From Octopus vulgaris (taxonomy: Eukaryota): a DNA stretch of 64,000 nucleotides. The translations under genes were made by a program, and so were the position numbers. The stretch is taken from the NCBI GenBank assembly GCA_951406725.2, contig OX597824.1:85064001-85128000 (forward strand). Direction: 5' to 3'. The notes below the pieces were generated by a model. That model was not told the DNA's origin, ran no database searches, and saw only the letters and a program-made list of their open reading frames with translations. Positions 39,169 to 54,009 of the stretch are shown in pieces. Numbering within the stretch: the stretch's first letter is position 1; the number at the start of each line of letters is the position of its first letter.

Positions 39169-40264
39169 AAGGTTATCGACGTCCTAATGTTTTCGCCATA
39201 TTCACGATGTAGAAACACTATTTCCAATAACCAATTTATTCCATTTTATGCTTAATTTCACCTGTGTTTCCTCACACACCTGCGGTCTATCGTCTCACTC
39301 TGTCGATATACAATACAAGTGATCAGACCACACACACATACACACACATAACAGCATATGGTTATATTATTACTTCCAAAAATGAGTAAATAAAACATAA
39401 TTTAAGCAAAACATGAAGTAAGAGAAATAACTCAGAACGGTCAGTGACATGTATTTAAACAAAATAGACAAGTACAGGTATATCAAATACCAAACAACAT
39501 AAATTTTTGCTTTATAAAAATTATCGCCGCTTCTGGAGGATATATTATAATTAGGAAATGGTAGTTAAGATCAGTTCCACTTGAAAAGAGGAGATAACTT
39601 CAAGGATAAAGAATTCTCCAATTTTGTCAAGTCAGGTATCTATAACGTAAGTCCATCTCCATAACATTTTGTGAAGTATGAAAGTCTTGGCATAATGGTC
39701 TACAGCATTTTACTGGTACTTATTTTATCGAGCCATCGACTTGCGATGACAGTTGTACTCACAACATAAAAAGAACCACATTAAAAACCAGTCTCGCAAA
39801 CCATTGTCCGCAAATGAACCAAACAAAATGCCTGCGTTTTATAATATAGTCGTGGCTGGTTGTTAATGCGGAGAAGGCAGACAGCGTAGAGAGCTCAACC
39901 GAAGACGTCGTAGTATTAAGCATTAACATTAGTTTTGAAATCAAATCCTACTAGGGTTCGGGTTTCGCTTTGCCTTTTATCCTCCCAAGATTAATATAAA
40001 AACAACGAATAATGGGAATCCATTTAATGTACTGCACATGTTACTAGAAACGATAGCGGTATGCATAATAGTGATTAGTGTATAGCAAGGTGGTAAGGTT
40101 ACGAGAGGAGACCGTGGTGTGAATTTAATTCACAGTTGAAACCGTTTCATTTCATTTACACTTCATGTATTTCTTTGTATGAATGTTCCTTAATTATTTT
40201 TTCTACCTCATATTTTTTGTATTCATTCTTTTTTTATTTCCGTAACATCGTAACCCATATAATG

Positions 40265-40625
<361 letters not shown>

Positions 40626-40875
40626 TTTGTCCTATGGATGAAATTTACCTATGGTGAAATTTATCTGGTAGAATTTTCTGTGGTGGAATTTACTGGTCAC
40701 CCTTCATACACTTGAGAAAGAGCATGGTTTCTATCTCAAACAAAACCACTATTAGCATTAAATTGGCATGTGAGCTTCTTTCTTTCTCACTCCCACTTTC
40801 TCAAAGTATAATCGACTTCTAGAAATAATACCAAAATCTCCCTTCAACTATACCAAATCGTCTAGACAGGAAAGG

Positions 40876-40951
<76 letters not shown>

Positions 40952-41654
40952 GTATATATATTCCACAACGTAGCCTGAGATGCGATACGTCTACATATAA
41001 GACAAGATTGTTGCAGCTGAAGTAACTTTGACCACAAGTCTGTTAAGCCAGTGCTGGTTTGCAGCTGAAAAGCAGCAGCAGCAGTAACATCATCATCATC
41101 ATCATCATCATCATCGTCGTCGTCGTCGTCATCGTCGTCATCGTCGTCGTCGTCGTCGTCGTCATCGTCGTCATCATCATCATCATCATCACAACAACAA
41201 CAGCAGCAATAACAATATCCAGCAGCGAATACCTTACAACCGACCAACTTAAAAGAAGAATCTTTGCAATCGCTTGGAATACTGATTCTCATTCAATTTA
41301 TTAAAATAGAAATAGAAATAAATAAATTAAAAAAAAAACAACAAATAGAATGGAAACAATTATTTGTCATGAATATATTTTAAGTTGCTCCACGCATTAC
41401 GGATGCCTACCATCTCACCCACACTGTCTAGAAACGTACATTAAGTGCGTCTACACAGACAGACACACACACACATTTTCATTTTGTTCACGATAAAGAA
41501 AGAAAGAAAAAGAAAATATCAGCGTGTGACAATTAACGTTTTGTTTCTATTATCCATGTTTCGGACAGGGAAGATGGCTTGGCTGATAAGATTATACACC
41601 GAAACAAACGCCATTATAGTATTTAGTTTCGCACTTTTTAGATAAGAGGGAAAG

Positions 41655-41692
<38 letters not shown>

Positions 41693-42109
41693 TAAGAGGA
41701 GACAGAGAGAGTAAGTAAGTCTATTGGTGAAACGCATAAAGAGCAAGTCTATGAGAGCCTGGTCCACTCTCCTGGCTTTAACCACGATTGGAAATGGCAG
41801 ATATAAGTAATCAGTTGTTTAACCTTAGGTACGAATCTGACTGAGTAGGTTTATCATCAAAAGCGTTGCAGTCATAATCATCATTTATCCAAGACTACGC
41901 AATATACTTATAGCTATCTTTTTTTTAAACGGTTGGGCATGAATTACAGGGAATTTGGCTGTTGTTTCTGGCAGGTCAGCTGACCTTAAAGAGTCTCACA
42001 TGTTGGTAGATGTAGAGTGAAATGACTCAACATGTCAGCGAACCTGCAATGTAGGCCTCACGGTTTTTATCACCACACTTCAGTTATCTTCTTTGTTGCC
42101 TCTATCTTC

Positions 42110-42735
42110 TTATTTCTTTATTGCCCACAAAGGGCTAAACATATAGGGGGGACAAACAAGGACAGACAAAGGAATTAAGTCAATTACATCGACCCCAGTA
42201 TGTAACTGGTACTTAATTTATCGACCCCGAAAGGATGAAAGGCAAAGTCGACCTCGGCGGAATTTGAACTCGGCAGACGAAATACCGCTAAGCATTTTGC
42301 CCGGCGTGCTAACGTTTCTGCCAGCTCGCCGCCTTTATCTTCTGTCTCCATTTCATCACCCCCACTCTCTCTGCAGAAACACACACATGCACACACACTC
42401 ACACACACATACAAGCAGACATTGACACGCAAACGCTATTTCGTTCTTAGGACAGATAAGACTCGAACAGATTCACGCTCTCTTCCACTATATTGCCTGT
42501 CATCAGGCGGCGAGCTGGCAGAAACGTTAGCACGCCGGGCGAAATGCGTAGCAGTATTTCGTCTGTCGTTACGTTCCGAGTTCAAATTCCGCCGAGGTCG
42601 ACTTTGCCTTTTATCCTTTCGGGGTTGATAAATCAAGTACCAGTTACGCACTGGTGTCGATGTAATCGACTTTATCCCTTTGTCTGTCCTGGTTTGTCTA
42701 CTCTGTGTTTAGCCCCTTGTGGGTAGTAAAGAAAT
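42110..42735. mobile_element. Head-to-head inverted pair of SINE B (minus 42110-42333, plus 42506-42735)
   Basis: Both copies match the consensus in opposite orientation, ~170 bp apart. Confidence 0.9.
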
Positions 42736-42753
42736 ATATATTGCTTGTCATCA

Positions 42754-43164
42754 AGTGGCTGTGTGGTAAGTAGCTTGCTAACCAACCACATGGTTCCGGG
42801 TTCAGTCCCACTGCGTGGCATCTTGGGCAAGTGTCTTCTGCTATAGCCCCGGGTCGACCAATGCCTTGTGAGTGGATTTGGTAGACGGAAACTGAAAGAA
42901 GCCTGTCGTATATATGTACATATATATATGTGTGTGTATGTGTTTGAGTATCTGTGTTTGTCCCCCTAGCATTGCTTGACAACCGATGCTGGTGTGTTTA
43001 CGTCCGCGTCACTTAGCGGTTCGGCAATAGAGACCGATAGAATAAGTACTGGGCTTACAAAGAATAAGTTCCGGGAGGATCGATTTGCTCGACTAAAGGC
43101 GGTGCTCCAGCATGGCCGCAGTCAAATGACTGAAACAAGTAAAAGAGAAAGAAAGAGAGAGAAA
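42754..43164 (+). mobile_element. SINE family A
   Basis: Matches the consensus. Confidence 0.9.
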
Positions 43165-43523
43165 GTAAGCCGAACCACAAGTAAGCAGATTGTTTCTAGA
43201 AAAGGTAATTCTTATTGCTTGACTGCCGGGTCAATTGAAGCTCATAGAAAAAGTTCACCAAGTGGTACAAGCTAGTTTGACACGACGAAAAGAAACCCCC
43301 ATCCTCCCACCTGTTTGTCCTGGCCTACTAATATTACTTTGTGAACCTCCTCACTGACTATTTGCCAAGGCAGATAAAGAGAGTCGTTAGTTTCTTTGTA
43401 GTCTACTGATTCACTTTAAAGTTCGTAGAATTTAATTGATCTTCACGACACGACGCTAGTATTGGATATAAAGTCACGGACGCACGAATTTACTGTCTGT
43501 TGTGAGCTGAATAGCAGGCCAGA

Positions 43524-43584
<61 letters not shown>

Positions 43585-44084
43585 AAAGAGAGAGAGAAAG
43601 AAAGACAAATCTATCGTATTAATTTTAAGTGAGTCTGAGGTTTTTATCTCTCTATCTCTCTCTTCCCTTCTTTTCTCCACTGTTAGAAAAAAAACCAACA
43701 AAAAACGGAAAAGAAAAATCGATCGCATTTCATTTTTGATTTTAAATAACTATAAACTAACTGATTTCAAGATCTCGGGTTATGTTGTGCTGAAAAGCCC
43801 ATAACAAGAGCGAAACAGTACCGTTCACAACTACTGGATTATCTATTAGATGAATTATATGGAAATTTGAAAATGTTGTACGTTCCTTTCCTCTTGTCAC
43901 TCAGAAAAAACGATCCCTTGACATAAGAACCTCACCCCATAGACGCGATTGTCTCCCTATAAGAACATTCACCCTCATTCTTAGCTTTCTCTCTTACTCC
44001 ATGTGCAACTGTAAGCAGCAGCAACAGCAGCAGCATTTCCAACCAAATAACCACGTGTCTAGGGGTGGGGATGAAATATATGAA

Positions 44085-44885
44085 AAGTGAATAAACAAAA
44101 GGATGAATGAGAAAATTAATGAACGAAAAAGAATTGATGAATAAATGAAAGAAAGAATGGAAGATTGAATGAATATAAAATGAATGAAAGAACGAAAGAA
44201 CACTCTTTTAATGAATGGTTTAATGAATAAGTAATTTGAATGAAAGAATGACAGGACAAATGAAAGTGAGAATGAATGAAGGAACTAATTCGAAATAAAT
44301 GAAAGAATATGTTAATGAATGATTTGAACAAGAGAATGAATGAATGAAAGGAAAATGAATGAATAGTCGAATGAAAGAAAATATGAAAGAATAAAGGAAT
44401 GCTTGAATGATCGAATGAAAGGATGTGTGAATGAATAAAGGATGTGTGAATGAATAAAGGATGTGTGAATGAATGAAGAATGACTGAACGAATATACGAA
44501 TGAATAAAAGAAAGATCTGAATGAAAGAATGAAGGGAGATTAGAATGAAAGAATGCAGGGCGATTAGAATGAAAGAATGAAGGGCGATTAGAATGAAAGA
44601 ATGCAGGGCGAATAGAATGAAAGAAAGAATATATGAAGGAATAAAATAAAGAACATGTTAACAAATGGAAGAATATATGAATGAATGAACGAATGAAAAG
44701 AATGAAACAATGAATGAGTTAAAGGACATGTGAATGAATGACAGATTGATTGGATGAATGAAAAATGAATGAAGGACGATTTGAATGAAAAGAAGAATGT
44801 ATGAAAGAATTAAAGAATATATGTATGAGTGAAAGAAAAAATAAGAACGTAAATGAATGAAATTATGAATGAATGAAGAATGAAA
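44085..44885. repeat. Degenerate (GAAT)n low-complexity array
   Basis: Direct reading. Includes short higher-order units such as TAGAATGAAAGAATG.AGGGCGA. Confidence 0.9.
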
Positions 44886-46298
44886 ACCCTGGGTGCAAGG
44901 GGAGTTAAAGCAATACTCGATGAAGAAGGAGAGATGAATATAATAATAGTGAAAGAGTTGGAATTTTGGTGTGGGTAGCTGTGAGAATCCAACAAGAGAG
45001 AGAAGAAATTGTTGAAGAGTGAAGGAAATAGTTGCGACGACACTATGTCGCCAATACCACTCACAGTTCCTGTTAAGAACCACTCGAGAAATATTCCAAC
45101 CAACTAAATTCAGATTCTTGTTCTAGGTGCGCAACAAGTTTTTTTTAGATAAATTTCACTCCCTGAAATATTACCACAAGATAAAAAATAATAAAATAAA
45201 AAATAAATGTAGGTAAGGCCGTGTGGTTATAAGTTTGCTTCGCTGTAACCAAGCGATTTCGGGTGGTTCTAGAGAACTGAGCTGTACTTAGAGAAAATGT
45301 TTCTCTATTGTGGCTCCAAGTTGGCCAATGTTTTGCGTGAGGAATTCGGCAGACAGAAACTGGGCGAATAGATCGAATACATACATACATAAAATAAAAA
45401 AGGATCAAACGTCCTTTCCGAGCTAAAAGGCTTATAAGATCTGTTTCCTGAATTACTCGACTCAAATACTTCCCCAATGAATGGGAAGCCGGTCCGTCAC
45501 AAGATTACTAATTTCTGCCAGCTGAGTGGATAGGAGCAACATGAAATGAAGTGCTTTACGCAAGAACACGGTGCATCACCCGGTCCAGGAATCGAAACCA
45601 CAATCTAGCGATCATGAGTGCAACACTCCAACCACTAGGCCACACGCCTCTACACCCCAGCCTATGTATAGTGAGAGATGTGTAGGTGTTAGGGTGGGTA
45701 TGTACGCAGATTTAAAATGATACCTGGAGCCATGATCCTTTTCGTCAAAAGAAGACCTAGCCATTCGGCATGTAGAGACGATAAAATAAATAACGTGCTG
45801 AAATAATTACTAGGCGTGGTATGACCGACCAAAACCCTTGAAAGCAGCACTCCAGAATGGCGTTGGCTCATCGACAAAAAAGAATAAACAAGTAAACAAA
45901 AAACAAAAACAAAAAAACAAAACAAAACAAAAGAAGTGAAACCCTCATTCGTGAAATGGGACAAAGGTTGTTTGAATCTGGTGAACCAGCATCACAACGC
46001 GGTCTCATCTGTAGGATTCAAAATATCAATTACTTTTTTGTTTTCCGTTTTTAATTGGACTGCGGCCATGCTGGAGGCAAAACTATGACAGGTTTAGTCT
46101 AAAAAATCCACTCCAAAACTTAGTTTTTTATTTGAAGTCTGGTACTTATTCTATTGCACTCTTTTGCCGAACTGCTAAGTTACGGGCACGTAAACAAACC
46201 AATCCTGGTTGTCAAGCGATGGTGAGGGAGACAAACATAAATACATACACATACACACACGCATATATACGACAGGTTTATACATACATATATATATA

Positions 46299-47531
46299 TA
46301 AGGTTGGCAACTAATTTCCCGCGTTTTTTTAAAATTTAAATTTTTAAAAGGTTTAATAAAAAAAATAACCAATTAATCAATAATGTATTCACCCTTGTTG
46401 TTTACAACTTCTTCCCAACGTTCAACAAGATTTTCAATACCTTGTTTGGTAGAAATCACCCGATTTCGACTCGAAAAATTGATCCAACCAAGCTCTCAAT
46501 TCTGCATCAGTATTGAACAAAACTCCGCGCATAGCATTCGAAAGAGATCGAAAGAGGTGGAAATCCGTTGGTGCCAAATCAGGAGAGTACGGCGGGTGTG
46601 GCAGTACTTCCCTTCCATGCGTTTGAATGGCTTCCTTGGTCCTATTGGCGATATGAGGGCGAGCGTTGTCGTGCAGCAGAAGAACTCCATGCTGCCGATT
46701 AGGGCCTTTCTCTTGAATAGCCGTGTTGAGTCGTTTCATCTGTTGAACACAGAGTTCCGCCTTGACCGCTTGGTTCCGTTCAAGCAATTCGTAATGGATA
46801 ATCCCTTCCCAGTCCCACCATACGCACAACATTGTTTCACGTGCGGTGTTTCTTGTTTACCGGGGCTAAGCCATTCCTTACGCTTCTTCATATTGATGTA
46901 CAGGTACCATTTTTCGTCGCCAGTAACGATTCGGTAAAGAAATCGTTGCTTGTGTCCATGAGTTGAGCGGTGACGAGTAAGCAAACCAGCGGAGATTGTG
47001 ATTCGTTGATTTTTGTTGTTGTCACTTAAAGCATGCGGAACCCATGCTCCATATTTCCGAACCTTTCCCATCGAGTGAAGGTGCTTCTCTATAACACTGT
47101 GGGAGCATTCCATTTTCTCTGACAGTTCCCTTGTCATTTGACGAGAATTTTCGTGCAAAACTTGGTTTGATCGAACTCAACTGGAAGGCCAGAACAAGGA
47201 GCGTCTTTGAGGTCGAAATGTCCATGTTTGAACTTGGCATACCAATCACGAGCGGTTCTTTCAGCTATGAAACCCTCTCGATACACGCGAGCAGCTTTTG
47301 TGGCCTTAAGACCTTGATTAAAAGCAAAAATAATGAAGTGTCGAAAATGCTCGTCTTTCTTAACTTGACATTCCATTTTAATGATCTGAAAATAAACAAA
47401 AATGAACTAAAATTAACTAGAAAAATAAAAACCCAAAAAGAAAAAAAAAACGAAATAGATTCCAAAATTTGAAAAACGCAGTAAATTCCAAAATAAAAAA
47501 AAAAAACGATGAGAACTTAGTTGCCAACCCA

Positions 47532-47532
<1 letters not shown>
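46299..47532 (-). mobile_element. Near full-length mariner (DD34D, mellifera-like) with frameshifted transposase
   Basis: TIRs AGGTTGGCAACTAA / TTAGTTGCCAACCCAA in TA context. Three frames (47376-47134, 47158-46736, 46832-46434) give EHFRH, WVPHAL, TGDEKW, HDNARPH and YSPDLAPTDFHLF. Inserted in the internal microsatellite of a minus-strand SINE A (~46040-47708). Confidence 0.95.
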
Positions 47533-47563
<31 letters not shown>

Positions 47564-47749
47564 GACAGGCTTCCAAATCCATTCATAAAGCATTGGCCGG
47601 TCCGAGGCTATAGTAGAAGACATATGTCTAAGACGTCACGCAGAGGACGGAACGCCAAACCCCGTTGGTGCAAAGCAAACTTCTAACCCATACAACCATG
47701 CTCACGCCTTTTACTAATCTTTTTTTGGAAATATAATAACTTTAGAAAA

Positions 47750-48395
47750 TACAAGAGTAAGTAAAAAATTATCCGTACTTTCGCCATAACATATCGTTAT
47801 TATTGTCACATTGCTGCCTTCTGCACATGCGTGCTTATAGTTGGTACTATTGTGGTCACGTGATCGAAGTTTGAGACTGATCGCGCCATTTTTCTTTCTG
47901 GCTTTACAGTGCAAGCATGGCCGCTCCACTAGCGATGTGCACCAAAGAAGAACAAAGAGTACTGATCCTATTTCTCTGGTCAAAAAGTGTGTCAGGTGCT
48001 GAAATTCCTCGGAGGCTTTTAGCACAACACGTGGATAGTGCACTACCTATTTCTTTATTACCCACAAGGGGCTAAACACAGAGGGAACAAACAAGGACAG
48101 ACATAGGTATTAAGTCGATTACATCGACCCCAGTTCGTAACTGGTACTTAATTTATCGGCCCCGAAAGGATGAAAGGCAAAGTTGACCTCGGCGGAATTT
48201 GAACTCACAACGTAACGCAGACGAAATACCGCTAAGCATTTTGCCCGGCGTGCTAATGTTTCTGCCAGCTCGCCGCCTTACATAAGGCGTGGACAGTGCA
48301 CTACCGCTTAGAAGTATGGGTGGATCGAGAAGTTTAAAAGGGGCCGACAAGCGTGACGCACTAAGAGGGAGCAGGACACCCATAACCTCCACCAG
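47750..48395 (+). mobile_element. 5' fragment of an irritans-like mariner interrupted by SINE B
   Basis: TIR-like TACAAGAGTAAGTAAAAAATTATCCG. ATG at 47917 gives MAAPLAMCTKEEQRVLILFLWSKSVSGAEIPRRL, resuming after the SINE as YGWIEKFKRG. Confidence 0.8.
48048..48287 (-). mobile_element. SINE B with 18-bp TSD
   Basis: CGTGGATAGTGCACTACC (48030-48047) / CGTGGACAGTGCACTACC (48288-48305). Confidence 0.92.
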
Positions 48396-48941
48396 GGAGG
48401 TTTATGGTTCTCCTCTTTGCTGCGCCAATAACTCCAAGCTAAGTTCGAGTTTTGTTCGATGAACGACCCACAAGATCGCATCATCTCACTTCCATATGGT
48501 TGTAACATTAAGAAAAATGAGGACCGCGAGAGGCTGAACAAAGACACAATCTTACCCTTCTCAGGAAAACAAAAACAAAACAAAGCAAAAAACAAAACAA
48601 TAACAAAAAAGACAAAAACAAAACAAAACGATGATTAAATATGAAATAGTAATACTAAAGAATGAAGCAAAAACGCTGATATCTTGCTTTCTCTCAAGAA
48701 CGGTCTTGAGAGATTAAATAAAGGTATCACACCCATCTCGCAGAAAAAGTAAAAAAGACAAAAGAAAGACAAAGAAATCTTTCTCATGAGTTTAACGAAA
48801 CTATTGTTTGTGAAATTGTGATATTTTTTTTTGGGGGGGGGAGATTATTTCTATTCATACTGTTATTCAGATCACCTACCCGAGCACAAACACACCCATA
48901 ATACACACACAAACACACACACATATATACATACATATGTG

Positions 48942-48985
<44 letters not shown>

Positions 48986-48999
48986 TAAATACATGTATG

Positions 49000-49043
<44 letters not shown>

Positions 49044-49059
49044 GCATAAATACATACAA

Positions 49060-50152
49060 ATGGGTGCAATGAGTAAATTGTAGCCATTTTATATCTTCAA
49101 TTTTGCGTATGCGCGTTGTTTGTTTTTGATTCTGTCGACTGCACAGCATAGTAGGGTCAATTGGGCACCGTCTGCGAGAAAAAAACAGTACCACAGCACA
49201 ATTCACTCTGCTAGAAATTTGGAAACGACTTGCTGTACTGATTGGCATTCATGCCGGAAGCCCCAATACGAACATTTCAGAGTGTTTCGGTGTCAATTTG
49301 AGGACCGTGCAGAGGATTGGGAAAGAGTTGAATGAGTCTAATGATAATTACGAAGGTACGGCAGCTCGAAAAACTCATTCTGGTCGTTCTGATAAGAAAA
49401 TAACTCATGAATTTGTTGGTGAGATCCAGGCCATGGTTGACAACGATCCCTCCAAGTCAATCAGGTCCATCACCAGGGACATAGGAGTGGCCGGGTTTCT
49501 TATCAGGCAGGTAGTGCATGAAGACATTTGATATTCCACATACAAGATGAGAAAAGGCCAATTTTTATCCCAAGTCATCAAGAATAAGAGGAAAGACCGC
49601 GCTACGAAGCTGTTGGACAAACTCAAGCATCCCCTCCAACCGAACATGCTTTGGTTTTTCTCAAAATGGTGAACACATAGAACATCCGTTGGCTTGCTGT
49701 GTCCCCGAAACATGTACCGAGAATGATAAAAATCAAATATCCAGTCAACCCCATGGTGTTTAGAGTGATCACTAGTGATGGCGACGTTATGCCTCCATTC
49801 ATCTTCCCACATGGCCTCAGACTCAACACGGAGGCCTACATCAAGTGCCTGGATCAACAGGGTGGTTGCTGGAAGAGCCTATGTCTGGCAAAAGAACTCT
49901 GCACCATGTCACACGAATAAGAGAACCCAGTCATGGCGGTCAGACAATTTCTGCAACCACATCACCCCTAACATTTGGCCACCTAACTCCTCAGGCCGAA
50001 ACTCTTTGATTATTATGTGCGGGGCGCAGTTGAGCGAGAAACCAACAAAACTTCTTGTAACATTAAAGATGAACTGAAGGCAAAGATTATGGCAGCATTC
50101 ACCAACTTAAACAAGGAAACCGCCCAGAAGAGTTGGAGATTCCGAAGTCGTA
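49060..50152 (+). pseudogene. Degenerate maT-like (DD37D, Tc1/mariner superfamily) transposase
   Basis: DPSKSIRSI..., MLWFFS, MVFRVITSDGDVMPPFIF, YVWQKNSAPCH, WPPNS...DYY, with stops and deletions. Confidence 0.8.
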
Positions 50153-50769
50153 AAATTTAATGCATTGACAACTTTTTTCCCAGAATATGCGTTGTTGAAA
50201 TTAAGGGTGTGTTTAATATGCATGTGTCTTTTATGTTATCAAATACGGTAATCATTACTTTTGAAAAAAACAAAATTATATTTACTTCAACTTTTAATGG
50301 AAGCACTTAAATATGGCTATTTATTTGTCCAAACTTCTGGAGATGGCTTGCGGGTTAGGATAACGAATGTGATTTTAAAATTTCAGCCTCAAAACGTATT
50401 TCTGCATCTTCAGAATCGCTTCAAGCTTCGTGTGCATAACGACGGTGGATATGTTGAAAATTAACAATCAAGAATATTTCAATCTAAAATGGAATAAATT
50501 CTCTCACTGAATCTTTTCACAGAATAATTCTACCATATCAAAAATATCAATATATGCAAATTTAAAATTCCATAAGGAATTCATAATCTCTTAAAACCCC
50601 CCTCTCTTACTCTCACACAGGCATGTATATGTATACAATGGGCTTTTGTACAGTTTCTGCATACCAAGTTCAACTCATAAAATATTGCACGATACAAGGC
50701 GATAGTATACCATATATCAGAAACGGGATGGTCACGACTTAAACGCTATTCGTCATAGGTTTGTTCGAT

Positions 50770-51350
50770 TAAGTTTTTTTAATATTAAACACGTGTAACA
50801 GTTGGGTTTTCTGTATCCCGTTTGTAATCTTTTCCTCTTTCTCTCAACACCCACAATTGAACTCAGCGCATGAATAGCTTTGTGGTCTTCAAAGATCATC
50901 AGGGCTTGTATGTTTATGCAGATCCGACCAAATCTGCTATCATTTTGTGTTACCTCAGCACTCACCACCGGCAACAAGATTTATCGTCTGAACCGAAGTC
51001 ATTGACATTAATACTTATGTTGCATCGACCCCTGCATTTCGGGACTAGTTTACGAGTGAGTGTATGACGCACCAGTTCTACTGTCTCCCTAATCTCATCT
51101 TCAGCCTCAAAGATCAGATACACGTTTTCATTAGATCCTACTCCGATCGATGGAAACGACAAAGCACCAAACATCGGCTAGAGCTTCTTTCAACTACTTT
51201 TTAGTGAACAAATAAAAGCTCTTAATATTTTTGGCAGTTCTTCAGCGCATTCGAAATGCAGAGAAGCACTGCACTTTGCGACGAAGCTCTGCCATATCAT
51301 TTTCTTTTCCGAGAGTCAACTTAAGACGAAGAGTTTTCTTTGGCTAGCGA
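50770..51350 (-). pseudogene. Possible degenerate LINE ORF1 (gag-like) fragment
   Basis: Non-repetitive overlapping short ORFs ending ...GYRKPNCYTC, like the start of a CCHC knuckle. No splice pattern or cyclase motif. Confidence 0.35.
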
Positions 51351-51380
51351 AGCAGCTTCTATTATTACTAACGTTATTAA

Positions 51381-51986
51381 GGCGGCGAGCTGGCAGAAAC
51401 GTTAGCACGCCGGGCGAAATGCTTAGCGGTATTTCGTCTTCCGCTACGCTCCGAGTTCAAATTCCGCCGAAGCCAACTTTGCCCTTCATCCTTTTGGGGT
51501 CGATAAATTAAGTATAAATTACACACTGGGGTTGATGTAATCGACTTAATCCCTTCCCCAAATTTGAGGCCTTGTGCTTGCAGTAGAAATAATTATTACT
51601 AATGTTATTAAAACAGTGAGCTGGCAGAAACATTAGCACGCCGGGCGAAATGCGTAGCCGTATTTCGTCTGCCGTTACGTTCCGAGTTCAAATTTCGCCG
51701 AGGTCGACTTTGCTTTTCATCCTTTCGGGGTCGATAAATTAAGTACCAGTTATGCACTGGGGTCGATGTAATCGGCTAAATCCGTTTGTCTGTCCTTGTT
51801 TGTCCTCTCTGTGTTTAGCCCCTTGTGGGTAGTAAAGAAATAGGTATTTCGTCTGTCATTACGTTCTGAGATCAAATTCCGCCGAGATCAACTTTGCCTT
51901 TCATACCAGTAAAACAATGGGATCGATGTAATCGACTAGTCCCCCTTTCCAAAATTTCAGGACTTGTGCATTTAGTAGAAAGGAAC
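51381..51986 (+). mobile_element. Serial SINE B insertions (monomer plus dimer) at a triplicated target
   Basis: ATTACTAA(C/T)GTTATTAA target at ~51361, ~51592 and ~51987. Confidence 0.9.
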
Positions 51987-52260
51987 ATTACTAACGTTAT
52001 TAATGTTATCGCTTGAATCATATTTTTCTATACCGTTCTTGTATGTTCTTTATTGTGTATGGATATGTGTCTAGATTTCTGGCTTGGCCATACTGTTCTT
52101 TCTTGTGTCCTCCACAGTGCAAGTATGTCTGAATTTTCTGTGCGCTTCATTAAAGATTTCTTTTTTGTTGTGGTGAATTAAATGCACCAGTTTACATTAG
52201 TACCACCAGCTCTGTTGTGAGCCCCTCCATAAGATGCCACTTTGGATTTCTAGTAAACAT

Positions 52261-52405
52261 TATTAGGTTGTCCCAAAAGTTCGTAAACACTTGCGAAAAT
52301 TGAATTTTTACTCGCCAAGTACTAACAAAAACAACAAAAATTATTCCTCAAAATAAAGACCATTATTTTCCAAGACTTTCTAAGAACTTTTGGGACAACC
52401 TTATA
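52261..52405. mobile_element. ~145-bp mariner-derived MITE
   Basis: TIRs TATTAGGTTGTCCCAAAAGTTC / GAACTTTTGGGACAACCTTATA with TA ends. Confidence 0.88.
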
Positions 52406-52624
52406 TTTACAAAACATAAAACATATAAAATTTATCAAGACAAACATATTATTTTTTACTTCAAAGTAAATGGAGTGGACATGCGAATATTCCAAAACAT
52501 GTCGTCGGTAAAACAACATCAAAACATTTTACATAAAATAAAACGGAGGGTAATATTCCAATTTCTTCGAAAGACTCATTAGGCACATCTGTTCATGATA
52601 AAAAAAAAATCAACAACAATAACG

Positions 52625-52672
<48 letters not shown>

Positions 52673-53055
52673 TGCTCATGTATTTTAATTTAACTTTAAA
52701 AAAAAAAAAAATGAACGAACTACTGAGTTTGGTTTAATGGCCTACCAATGTATGCTATGAGTTTCTTTGCCCTAGGAGTCGGGAAGACACTCGGCAAGAA
52801 ATAGAAGCAAATTTGAAAGAAGAAAAAAAAAGTAATAATAATAATAATATTAATGTTTCAAATTTTGGTACAATGCCAGAAATTTTTAGGGGAGGGTTTA
52901 GTTAAATCTTGTATTTTACTAGTACTTTACTTTATCGACCTCAGAGAGAAGAAAGGCAAAGCTGGAAGGAATTGAACTCAGAACGTAAAGAGCTGAATGC
53001 AACATCGCAAAGAATCCTTTTCAAGCTCAAGAATGATTCTGTCAGCTTGCAATCC

Positions 53056-53114
<59 letters not shown>

Positions 53115-53309
53115 CCTTTCTACTAAAGGCACAACGCCTGAAATTTTGCGGGAGAGGACTGGTGAGTTACATCGACCCCAGTGTTTCACTGGTACTTAAT
53201 TATCGACTTCGAAAGGATGAAAAGCAAAGTCGACCCTGGCGAAATTTGAACTTAGAATGTAGCGAAGCATTTTGCCCGGCGTGCTAACGATTCTGCCAGG
53301 TTGCCGCCT

Positions 53310-53816
<507 letters not shown>

Positions 53817-54009
53817 CCTTTCTGCTATAGGCGCAAGGCCTGAATTTTAGGAGAGGGGGATAGTCGATTACATGACCCCAGTATTCAGCTGGTACTTATT
53901 TTATTGACCCTGAAAGGATGAAAGGCAAAGTCGACCTTGGTGGAATTTGAACTCAGAACGTGAATAACAACAACAAAAACATCAACAACAACAACAACAA
54001 TAATAATAA

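Noticed and set aside
41232-41295. MRISIPSDCKDSSFKLVGCK followed by GT, as a candidate penultimate cyclase exon
   Set aside because: It lacks the conserved IH.S...RG...K pattern and has no good acceptor.
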